NCBI GenBank assembly: GCA_963835905.1
Contig: CAWIHG010000003.1
Coordinates: 152,857 to 216,856, forward strand
DNA: 64,000 nucleotides
Source of the DNA: an uncultured delta proteobacterium
GTDB lineage: Bacteria; Desulfobacterota; Binatia; Binatales; Binataceae
Direction: 5' to 3'
A program made the position numbers and the translations under genes. Below, one piece after another: positions 37,376-45,097 of this stretch (its first letter is position 1; every line of letters begins with the position of its first letter). A model generated the notes under the pieces. It was not told the DNA's origin. It ran no database searches and saw only the letters and a program-made list of their open reading frames with translations.

Positions 37376-38380
37376 ATGAACTGGGCGATTTTCAGCTTTG
37401 CAATTGCGGCCGCACTGGTGATCGCTGCGGGATCGGTGCTGGCGCGCGCGGCCGATGCGATAGCGGAGCGCACCGGCATCGGGCGGGTATGGATCGGCTC
37501 GGTGCTGCTGGCCGCGGCGACCTCGCTGCCGGAGCTGATGACCAATCTATCCGCGATGCGAATCAACCGCCCCAACCTCGCCGCCGGCGATCTGTTCGGC
37601 TCAAGCCTGGCGAACATGCTGGTCCTCGCGCTGATCGACCTGACCGCGCCGCGCAAGCAGGTCCTTCGTCAGGTTGCGTACGAAAATTCCCTGGCCGCCG
37701 CACTTGCGATCGCGCTCAATTCGATCGTCGCGGTGTTCATCCTGGCGCGTCCGCAGTTCCGCGTGGCGCGCGTGAGTCCGGAGTCGGTGATTCTGGTGCT
37801 TACCTACCTGCTGGGGACGCGCGCGGTTTATCTCAATGGGATGATCGCGGCTGTCGCCGCCGCCGAACCGCAACCTGAAGCCCGGGCGAAGCGGCGGCGC
37901 GCACTGCGCCGGGCGGCGGCCGAGTTCGGGATCGGCGCACTGGTGATCTCTTTGGCAGCGCCGTATCTGGCGTCGTCCGCGGGCCGGATTGCGGACCTGA
38001 GCGGACTGGGCACCACCTTCATCGGCATCTGTTTGTTGGGATTATCGACTTCGCTGCCCGAACTGGTGACGTCGATCGCGGCGGTGCGGATCGGATCGTT
38101 CGATTTGGCGATCGGCAACCTGTTCGGATCGAATTCATTCAACATGCTGATCTTCGTCGCGATGGAATTCGCGTCGCCCGCGCCAATTTTCGCGCGCCTG
38201 AGCCCGGTCAACGTGTTGAGCGCGTGCCTGGCGACCGCGCTGATGAGCCTTGGGCTCGCCAGCATCGTGTACCGGGCCGAGCGCCGGTTCGCGATCCTTG
38301 AACCCGGCAGTGCGGTGATGGTGCTCGGATACGCAGCCGCGCTATGGGCCGTCTATCTTTACGCGGGAGCGGTTCATTGA
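37376..38380 (+). CDS. Ca2+/cation antiporter (CaCA family, YrbG-like Na+/Ca2+ exchanger)
   Basis: Start MNWAIF. Two internal alpha-repeats (GSVLLAAATSLPELMTNLSA and GICLLGLSTSLPELVTSIAA). The 270-aa upstream extension in the ORF track was rejected. Confidence 0.75.
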   Translation: MNWAIFSFAIAAALVIAAGSVLARAADAIAERTGIGRVWIGSVLLAAATSLPELMTNLSAMRINRPNLAAGDLFGSSLANMLVLALIDLTAPRKQVLRQVAYENSLAAALAIALNSIVAVFILARPQFRVARVSPESVILVLTYLLGTRAVYLNGMIAAVAAAEPQPEARAKRRRALRRAAAEFGIGALVISLAAPYLASSAGRIADLSGLGTTFIGICLLGLSTSLPELVTSIAAVRIGSFDLAIGNLFGSNSFNMLIFVAMEFASPAPIFARLSPVNVLSACLATALMSLGLASIVYRAERRFAILEPGSAVMVLGYAAALWAVYLYAGAVH

Positions 38381-38387
38381 TACCGCG

Positions 38388-38873
38388 CTAGCGGGCGGCT
38401 TTCGCGCGCGGGCGGCGCGCCTCGCGGCGTGAGGGGAGGGTGCGAATCACGAGCACCGGACAGGCGGCGTTATGAATCACGCGCTCGGCGACGCTGCCGA
38501 TGATCATGTGAGCGAGACCGGTGCGGCCGTGGGTCGCGATTACGATCATGTCGGCGCCGGACTCGCGGGCGAGATCAGCGATCACTTCATAGACGACGCC
38601 GAAATGAACTTCGCCGGTGCACTTGACGCGCCTGGCGTGCGCGCGATCGGCGAGGCGGGCGATTTTCGCGGCGGCTTCCTTGCGCTGCTCTTCTAGCAGC
38701 GCAGTCGGCTCCGGAAGCCATCGCGGCACCGCGTAGTTCATCGGCTCAATCACGTGCACCAGCAGCATCTCGGCCTCGTGCATCCGCGCAAAATCGATCG
38801 CGAACTTGAGCATCTTCGCCGACGAATCCGAGAAATCGACCGGCACCAGCAGCCGCTTGATCTTCATCAGCAC
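38388..38873 (-). CDS. universal stress protein (UspA family)
   Basis: 161 aa. ...KRLLVPVDFSDSS...IVIATHGRTGLAHMIIGSVAERVIHNAACPVLVIR is the canonical USP ATP-binding motif. Confidence 0.85.
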   Translation of the reverse strand: MLMKIKRLLVPVDFSDSSAKMLKFAIDFARMHEAEMLLVHVIEPMNYAVPRWLPEPTALLEEQRKEAAAKIARLADRAHARRVKCTGEVHFGVVYEVIADLARESGADMIVIATHGRTGLAHMIIGSVAERVIHNAACPVLVIRTLPSRREARRPRAKAAR

Positions 38874-39286
38874 TATCCTTGCACATGAGCCGTGAGTCGG
38901 TGGGCGCGCCCCCGGCTATCAATCGCACGCGAAACACGTTGACGCAACGCGCGCCGGCGGTGGACCTGTGAGCCAGGCGGGGCGGAACGAATATAGGTGA
39001 CACCCTCGATTTCGTCACGAACGATACCGCGCACCTGGCGCGCGCGCAGCAATCGCAGCGCGGCACCGTGTCAACTCGGGTCGTTGTTACGGCCATGACA
39101 CATATGGTCTTGGCACTATCGACGGCTTGAGCCGCCCGCCTGTCAAACGCTGTTCCCGCGCTGCGGCCGGGCGAAGTTGCAGATTCGCGCGCCACCGTGA
39201 TTCTCGGGCGCATCTTTGGTTGCACTTCGGCATTAAGAAAGGGCGTTATTCAACGTCCGCGCTTGCCAAACCTAAACATCAAGGTA

Positions 39287-39301
39287 TGGCACAAAAGGTG
39301 C
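39287..39301 (+). promoter_or_regulatory. candidate sigma-54 (-24/-12) promoter
   Basis: TGGCACaaaagGTGC: perfect -24 hexamer, GC at -12 with correct spacing. It lies 120 bp upstream of the ATG at 39421. A weaker TGGCAC at 39098..39103 has off-by-one spacing. Confidence 0.5.
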
Positions 39302-39420
39302 TCAGGTTCTCGATTGTGGACACGAAAACCAAAGGGCAATCGGACTGTGGGGTGCGCGCCAGATGGCCGTCCTTGAGGTTTGCCTCTTCAGAGCGCGGCT
39401 CCGCGGCAGTTACAACTCCG

Positions 39421-40188
39421 ATGCTCGCGGCGATCCGCGCCGCGCAAGACGCGGTGGTGACCGCCGCGCTACTGTTGATCGCGATGGTATCGCCCGGATG
39501 CACGAGCATGGGGTTCGATCATCCTGCGCTGCGCGACAGCATCGATTACGGAGCTCCGCAGGAGGTTAGCCTCTGCGTGTATCTCGACGACGGCATCACG
39601 CAGCAGGACGCGCAGGTGCTGCTCGACAGCTGGAACGAGGAAGCGGGGATATACGGGCTCTACGTGCGGCCGGTTTCGTTCACTCCAATGACCCGCGAGG
39701 GCTTCTTCCATACCTCGATTCTCGCGCAGGTCGATGAGATTCCGCTAGGGCCATCGTGCGATCGCGTACTCTATTTCGTCAATCGCAACGCGGGCGACTA
39801 TGCCTTCGGGTTGGTCGCAGCGACGATGGGCGTCCCGGAGATTCTGGGCGAAGTGGATGACCCCACGCTCACGCACGGCTACGTGGTCGCGCGCCGCGCG
39901 ACGATCAATCAGATCGTGATGACGCCGTACGGTGTCACGCGCCACGAGCTGTTTCATTTGCTCGGATGTCCCGAGCACTTCGACATGCCCGATTGCTACC
40001 GACGGATTCACGACCTGAAGCTTGCCCGCGAAAAGCTCCGGGCCTCGGGCTACTTTGCCAAAAACCATGAGCGGCCCTTCTACCCGACCTACGCCTCACG
40101 CACTCACTCGATGCTCGTGTCGCGGGAGCAGGTCGACCGATATCAGGAGCTTCAGTCAGGCGAAGGCGCGGCATCTATGGTTCGCTAG
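39421..40188 (+). CDS. lipoprotein with HExxH zinc-metallopeptidase-like motif, unknown family
   Basis: Start MLAAIRAAQDAVVTAALLLIAMVSPGC (signal peptide + lipobox). A single HELFHLLGCPEHFD motif. No further family-level features recognised. Confidence 0.5.
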   Translation: MLAAIRAAQDAVVTAALLLIAMVSPGCTSMGFDHPALRDSIDYGAPQEVSLCVYLDDGITQQDAQVLLDSWNEEAGIYGLYVRPVSFTPMTREGFFHTSILAQVDEIPLGPSCDRVLYFVNRNAGDYAFGLVAATMGVPEILGEVDDPTLTHGYVVARRATINQIVMTPYGVTRHELFHLLGCPEHFDMPDCYRRIHDLKLAREKLRASGYFAKNHERPFYPTYASRTHSMLVSREQVDRYQELQSGEGAASMVR

Positions 40189-40216
40189 CCGCAACGACAC
40201 ATTTTAGAACATTCGG

Positions 40217-40252
40217 TGAGTCCCCTGCGGCCAAGCGGTCGCAGGGGACTCA
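40217..40252 (+). terminator. perfect 13-bp stem-loop downstream of preceding gene (terminator-like, weak U-tract)
   Basis: TGAGTCCCCTGCG-gccaagcggt-CGCAGGGGACTCA followed by GTTATTGTGT. It lies 29 nt after the stop at 40188. Confidence 0.4.
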
Positions 40253-40750
40253 GTTATTGTGTCGAATTGAGTGCGCGTGGCGGGCCGTCAAATGCTCCCG
40301 CCCTGGGCGCCCCCTGGCCTCTCCAAGCTCATTTGCAGCCATGCTCGGCACATCGGAGGGGGATCTGCGTCACAATGGAATTCTCGAGTCGCCGAAACCC
40401 CCAAACAGCCTTAGCCCCGAGTCTCAATATCTAGCCAAGGCTGCGCAACAGTGATTTGGGGTCGTTTTCAGACCTTTAGGCCAGAATATGATGCTATCCC
40501 TGCGCACGTAAAGATTTACGACGCCGAGTCGTTTGACTGTGAATTTCTTACTTGCTACATTTTTGCGTGTCTGGAGTGTGACCACGCGCAGTTCGCGACA
40601 CCTTGGTTCGTTCAACCGTGTAGCTGCGCTTCCAAGAAAGCGAAGGGTGCGAGGGTGGAGGAGGTGGCGTCCGAGAATGGGCCGGGCGATCTCTGAGATG
40701 TGTGAATTTGTCGGTGTACGGTGGACATACGAGGGATAATGAGAAAACGA

Positions 40751-40788
40751 TTACTTCTATGTTTAGGAGTTACTTCTATGTTTAGGAG
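40751..40788 (+). repeat. perfect tandem duplication of a 19-bp unit (TTACTTCTATGTTTAGGAG x2)
   Basis: Read directly from the sequence. The second copy supplies the AGGAG Shine-Dalgarno for the GTG start at 40804. Confidence 0.8.
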
Positions 40789-40803
40789 AAGGATAGATAC
40801 ACT

Positions 40804-41313
40804 GTGAAGAAGCTAAACACAGCTTTAATCGCATCGGCGCTCCTTTTTCTCAGCGCGACTCCCGCGATATGCTCAAGCGTCGTAGGCTTGGTCGTGGACC
40901 AGAACCGCCAGTTTGTCAACGGCGCCGTCGTCACGGTCCTCGACTCGTCAGGCCATACGGCGGGAATCGGTCGCAGCGATCTCTACGGCCGCTTCTGCAT
41001 TCCGCTGGTGAAGCCAGGAAAGTACACGGTCTCGATTGACCCACCCAAGGGTTTCCAGGGAGGCTCCGCTGTCGCAAACGTGGACATCGAGGGCTCGACC
41101 GTCAACTGGTTTCTATCACCGAATGCGGCCGCGCTGGCGACCACTGATATCGGCGTGGCCTCCGCGGCGACCGTGACCTGCGCCGCTCCGTGGTGGACCA
41201 CGGCGGCTGCTGGCGCGGCGGTGCTGGTCGGAGCCGGCGGAGTGATTGGCGGTGTTATCGGCGCGACCAGCGGCGGTGGCGGCGGTGGTGGAAACGCCAG
41301 CCCTTCTCAATGA
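40804..41313 (+). CDS. secreted carboxypeptidase-regulatory-like (CarbopepD_reg/Cna-B-like) domain protein with C-terminal hydrophobic Gly-rich tail
   Basis: Signal peptide MKKLNTALIASALLFLSATPAICS. Beta-sandwich segment VVGLVVDQNRQFVNGAVVTVLDSSGHTAGIGRSDLYGRFCI. C-terminus AAAGAAVLVGAGGVIGGVIGATSGGGGGGGNASPSQ. Confidence 0.55.
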   Translation: MKKLNTALIASALLFLSATPAICSSVVGLVVDQNRQFVNGAVVTVLDSSGHTAGIGRSDLYGRFCIPLVKPGKYTVSIDPPKGFQGGSAVANVDIEGSTVNWFLSPNAAALATTDIGVASAATVTCAAPWWTTAAAGAAVLVGAGGVIGGVIGATSGGGGGGGNASPSQ

Positions 41314-41496
41314 TTTTGCGACGGGCCCCCGCGCATGGCGCGCCGGTCCGAGGAACTGATTTGTACCGGGAGCGCGGTGCCGATGCGAGCGCGATCGACA
41401 ACGTTTCGGAGGTCGCGCGGAGCCCGGTTGTACGGCAAGCCGCTCCAGGCGGGTCCGTGGATAACCGGTGCTGGTCGGGCATGGAACCACTTATTT

Positions 41497-42702
41497 ATGG
41501 TTAAGAAGTATTTTATCCCAGCAGCAGTCATGATGGCCGCGTTTTTCTTCGCGGGCTGCGCACCGGACGCGAAGAACGTTTCTCCGACCGCCGGTGCCCC
41601 CGCCGAAGCGGTATCCGATCCTGAAATGGCCCAGCAGAACGCGCGGCTCGAGGCCCTCTACCGGGCCCGTATCAGTCAGAAAGCCGGCGCCGATTTCACC
41701 ATCGGCCCGGGCGACGTGCTCCAGGTCTCGGTGCCCGAGGTCGAAGACCTCAAGGAGCGTTCGGTGCGGGTGTCGGGCGACGACACGATCGCGCTGCCGC
41801 TGGTGGGTGTGATCGACGTCAAGGGGATGACCGAGCAGGACGTGCGGAGCGCGCTAAAGCAGCGGCTCGAAAAGTACATGTACAACCCGCAGGTGGAAGT
41901 GTTTGCCAAGGAATACCAGAGCCGACAGGTCGCGGTGGTCGGGATGGTGCAGAAGCCGGGGCTGTACACGCTCACGAGTCCCGAAGACACGGTCCTGTCG
42001 ATGATAAGCCGCGCGGGCGGCACCACCTCCGAGTCCTCGCAGCGCATTCTTCTGGTTCCGGCTGAATCGGGCGGCAACCCGAACTCGGCGCTGATGGTCG
42101 CGGCGGCCTCGCAATTTGGCAACGGCGTCGCGCAGGCTCCGGCGCCCGTAAACGCTTCCGCGCAGACCGCCGCACAGCCAGCCCAGCCTGAGGGGTCCGG
42201 CGCCGATCGATCGGTCGCAACCAGCATCCCCGCGAATTACACGCCGCCTTCTTCCGCCGTGCCAAAAGGCTTCGGGCACGCACAGCCGATCATTATCGAT
42301 CTGGCGACCGCGGACGGGCAGCGTGCACTGTCGCTTCCCGCCCGCCCGGGCGACGTGATTATCGTCCCGGCCGTGGGTCAGGTGATGGTCAAGGGATGGG
42401 TTCAAAATTCGGGAGCCTTCAAGATAACGCCCGGCATGACGGTGCTGGGAGCGGTTGCGGCGGCGGGTGGCCAGATGTTCAGCTCCCAGGCGGTCGTATT
42501 GCGCACCTCCGCCAATGGAGGCCAGCTTGAGATCCCAATCGATCTTTCGTCTATCGAGAAGGGATCAGCCGCCGATTTTCCCGTTCAATCGGGTGACGTC
42601 ATAATCGTTCAGCGCTCGGTTGTGGGCGCGGTCCCATACGCGGTGTACACGCTGATGAGCAAGTTCGGCACCGGCATTTATCCGGCGGTTCCGTTCTTCT
42701 AA
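41497..42702 (+). CDS. wza: polysaccharide export outer-membrane lipoprotein (Wza/GumB family: Poly_export + SLBB domains)
   Basis: Start MVKKYFIPAAVMMAAFFFAGC (lipobox). ...FTIGPGDVLQVSV...VRVSGDDTIALPLVGVIDVKGMT...QVEVFAKEYQSRQVAVVGMV is the Poly_export signature. Two SLBB-like repeats follow. Confidence 0.8.
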   Translation: MVKKYFIPAAVMMAAFFFAGCAPDAKNVSPTAGAPAEAVSDPEMAQQNARLEALYRARISQKAGADFTIGPGDVLQVSVPEVEDLKERSVRVSGDDTIALPLVGVIDVKGMTEQDVRSALKQRLEKYMYNPQVEVFAKEYQSRQVAVVGMVQKPGLYTLTSPEDTVLSMISRAGGTTSESSQRILLVPAESGGNPNSALMVAAASQFGNGVAQAPAPVNASAQTAAQPAQPEGSGADRSVATSIPANYTPPSSAVPKGFGHAQPIIIDLATADGQRALSLPARPGDVIIVPAVGQVMVKGWVQNSGAFKITPGMTVLGAVAAAGGQMFSSQAVVLRTSANGGQLEIPIDLSSIEKGSAADFPVQSGDVIIVQRSVVGAVPYAVYTLMSKFGTGIYPAVPFF

Positions 42703-42757
42703 TCGACCTCGGAACTCAACCACACACGCACACAACGTCTCCGCACAAGAGGACTAC

Positions 42758-45097
42758 GTGAAAGAACCCTCGACCGACATAGCGCAGCGGCTCTACCCGG
42801 AAGCGGTTCCGCAGCACTATGCGGGGTCTCTCCAGCAGGAAATGTTCGGTCCCGAACAGTCCGGGCCCGATCTGCGCGATTACATCCGCGTTCTGCATCG
42901 CCATTTGCGCCTGATCCTTAGTCTGTTTCTCGGCGCGCTTCTGGTGACCGGCCTGGTGGTGCTGACGATGACTCCGATTTACACCGCCAAGAGCACAATC
43001 CTGGTTGAGCAGCAGAGCCCGCAAGTGCTCAACATCCAGGCCCTGGTGAGTGAGACCGGCAATTCCGAGGAGCACGACTATTTCAAGACCCAGCAGGAGA
43101 TCCTGAAAAGCCGCAGCCTTGCGGCGCAAGTGATCCGCCAAGTAGGGCTGGACCGAAATCCGCAATTTTCCGGCAAGGGCGCGAGCGAGGGCTTCTTCGG
43201 CGCGATAGTCGCTCAGGTCAAATCCGCCCTGAACGAAATCGGTCGAGGTTCAGCCGTTCAGAGGACCTCAGCGCCGCTGGGCGTGGAACCTGCTCTGATC
43301 GACAAATATCTCTCGCACCTGACTATCAAGCCCGAAGTCGGCACCAAGCTGTTCGAGGTCGGCTTCAGCCTGCCCGATCCGGTTCTCGCGGCGAGGGTGG
43401 CCAACGCCCACGTTCACACCTATATCGACCGCGGGATGGAAATCCATTCGCAGGCCAGCGAAGCGGCGCGCCAGTTCCTGGAAAAAAAGCTGGTCGAGTT
43501 GAAGGAGCGGGTCGAGAAGTCCGAGGCCGCACTCAACGATTACCGGCGCGAGCGCGGAATCGTATCCTTCACGCTCGACGACAAGGGCACCATCATGAAT
43601 CAGCGCCTGACCGAGCTTAACCAGGCGCTGACCAAGGCCGAGACCGATCGAATCGAGTTCCAGTCACAGAACGAGCTGATCAAACAGCGTGACTATGCCG
43701 GGTTGCCCGCAGTCGTCAACAGCCCGCTCATCCAGCAGCTCAAGGCGCAGCGCGACGTGATCGCGGGCCAGTACGCGAGCATGGCGGCGCGATTTAAGCC
43801 CGACTATCCGCCGCTGATGGAGCTCAAGGCCAAGCTCGACGACACCAACGCCCAGATCTCCAGTGAAATCCAGCACGTCGTTCAGGGCGTGGAAGGTAAT
43901 TTTCAGGCGGCGCAGAGCCGCGAGAACGATCTCCGCAACCAGGTCGAGAACGAGAAGACCAAAGCGCTCGCGATGAACGACGCCTCGCTGCAGGACGCGG
44001 TGCTGGCTCGGGAAGTCGATGCCAACCGCGAACTGTACAAAAGCGTGCTGGAGCGGATGAAGGAAATCGGCGTGGCCGGCGACGTGCCGACCTCGAACGT
44101 GTCAATCATCGATCGCGCGACGCCGCCCGAGCATCCCTCCAGCCCCAGGAAGCTGCTCGACATGGCCGCGGCCGCAACCATTGCGCTCTTTCTCGGCGTC
44201 GCGGCCGCGTTCGTCCTCGATCATCTCGACGACGGGCTGCACAATCCCGAAGAAGCCGAAGTCTATCTTGGGCTCGCGAGCCTTGGCACGGTGCCCGATT
44301 TCCTGACCCTCGAGGGCCCGGAGGAGGTCGCCTCCAAGGCACTTCCTGTCACGACGGAGCCCGTGGTGCTGGAGGAATCCTCGGACGCGAGAGCCAAGGA
44401 AATCGCTGTCCAGTCGAACCGATTTTCGCCGGCTGGGGAATCCTACCGGGCGATTCGCACCGCGATTCTGCTCTCGCGCGCCGCCGAGCCGCCCAAATCG
44501 ATCCTGTTTGCCAGCGGAACCAAGTCCGAGGGCAAGACGGTTACGGCGGTCAATATCGCGATGGCGTTCGCACAGATGGGCGGTCGCGTCCTGCTGATCG
44601 ACGGCGACTTGCGCCGGGCCCGCTGCCACGAGGTACTGGGCGTCCACAACCTGATCGGACTTACCGAAGTGCTGGTCGGGCAGAAGCAGGCCTCCGATGT
44701 AATTCGGGTGCTGGGCGCCAACGGACTCTCCTTTCTGAGCGCCGGCTCGGTACCGCCGAATCCGACCGAACTGCTCGCCTCGCGGCGGATGCAGGAAGTG
44801 CTGGCTGAACTGACCACTCAATATGACAGCGTGATAATCGATTCGCCGCCGGTGATGCCGGTCAGCGATTCGGTGGTGCTTTCGCGAATGGTCGACGGCG
44901 TGGTCGTGGTGGTCGGTCCGCGCACACCCAAGCAGCTGGTGCGTCATGCCTGCGCCCGGCTGGGCCAGGTGGGAGCGAAGGTTCTGGGCGTCGTGCTCAA
45001 CCGGGTCAATCTGAGGAGTCCCGACTACTACCATTACCATCGCTATTACGCCTACGAGGACTATTACAAGCCTAACGGTACCGTGAGTTCCGGTTAG
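42758..45097 (+). CDS. wzc: polysaccharide co-polymerase / BY-kinase (Wzc/GumC-like tyrosine autokinase)
   Basis: GTG start. Wzz-type periplasmic coiled-coil domain between two TM helices. C-terminal P-loop kinase (GTKSEGKTVTAVNIAMAFA..., VIIDSPPV). C-terminal tyrosine cluster SPDYYHYHRYYAYEDYYK. Confidence 0.85.
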   Translation: MKEPSTDIAQRLYPEAVPQHYAGSLQQEMFGPEQSGPDLRDYIRVLHRHLRLILSLFLGALLVTGLVVLTMTPIYTAKSTILVEQQSPQVLNIQALVSETGNSEEHDYFKTQQEILKSRSLAAQVIRQVGLDRNPQFSGKGASEGFFGAIVAQVKSALNEIGRGSAVQRTSAPLGVEPALIDKYLSHLTIKPEVGTKLFEVGFSLPDPVLAARVANAHVHTYIDRGMEIHSQASEAARQFLEKKLVELKERVEKSEAALNDYRRERGIVSFTLDDKGTIMNQRLTELNQALTKAETDRIEFQSQNELIKQRDYAGLPAVVNSPLIQQLKAQRDVIAGQYASMAARFKPDYPPLMELKAKLDDTNAQISSEIQHVVQGVEGNFQAAQSRENDLRNQVENEKTKALAMNDASLQDAVLAREVDANRELYKSVLERMKEIGVAGDVPTSNVSIIDRATPPEHPSSPRKLLDMAAAATIALFLGVAAAFVLDHLDDGLHNPEEAEVYLGLASLGTVPDFLTLEGPEEVASKALPVTTEPVVLEESSDARAKEIAVQSNRFSPAGESYRAIRTAILLSRAAEPPKSILFASGTKSEGKTVTAVNIAMAFAQMGGRVLLIDGDLRRARCHEVLGVHNLIGLTEVLVGQKQASDVIRVLGANGLSFLSAGSVPPNPTELLASRRMQEVLAELTTQYDSVIIDSPPVMPVSDSVVLSRMVDGVVVVVGPRTPKQLVRHACARLGQVGAKVLGVVLNRVNLRSPDYYHYHRYYAYEDYYKPNGTVSSG

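Noticed and set aside
39286-39420. Alternative upstream start MAQKV (ATG 39286) for the HExxH lipoprotein
   Set aside because: This ATG is the ATGGCA of the sigma-54 -24 box. Starting there would put 45 residues in front of an otherwise canonical signal peptide and lipobox.
40451-40696. 81-aa Cys-rich ORF in the low-GC spacer called as a CDS
   Set aside because: No RBS or family support, and an atypical composition. Kept as a finding rather than a feature.
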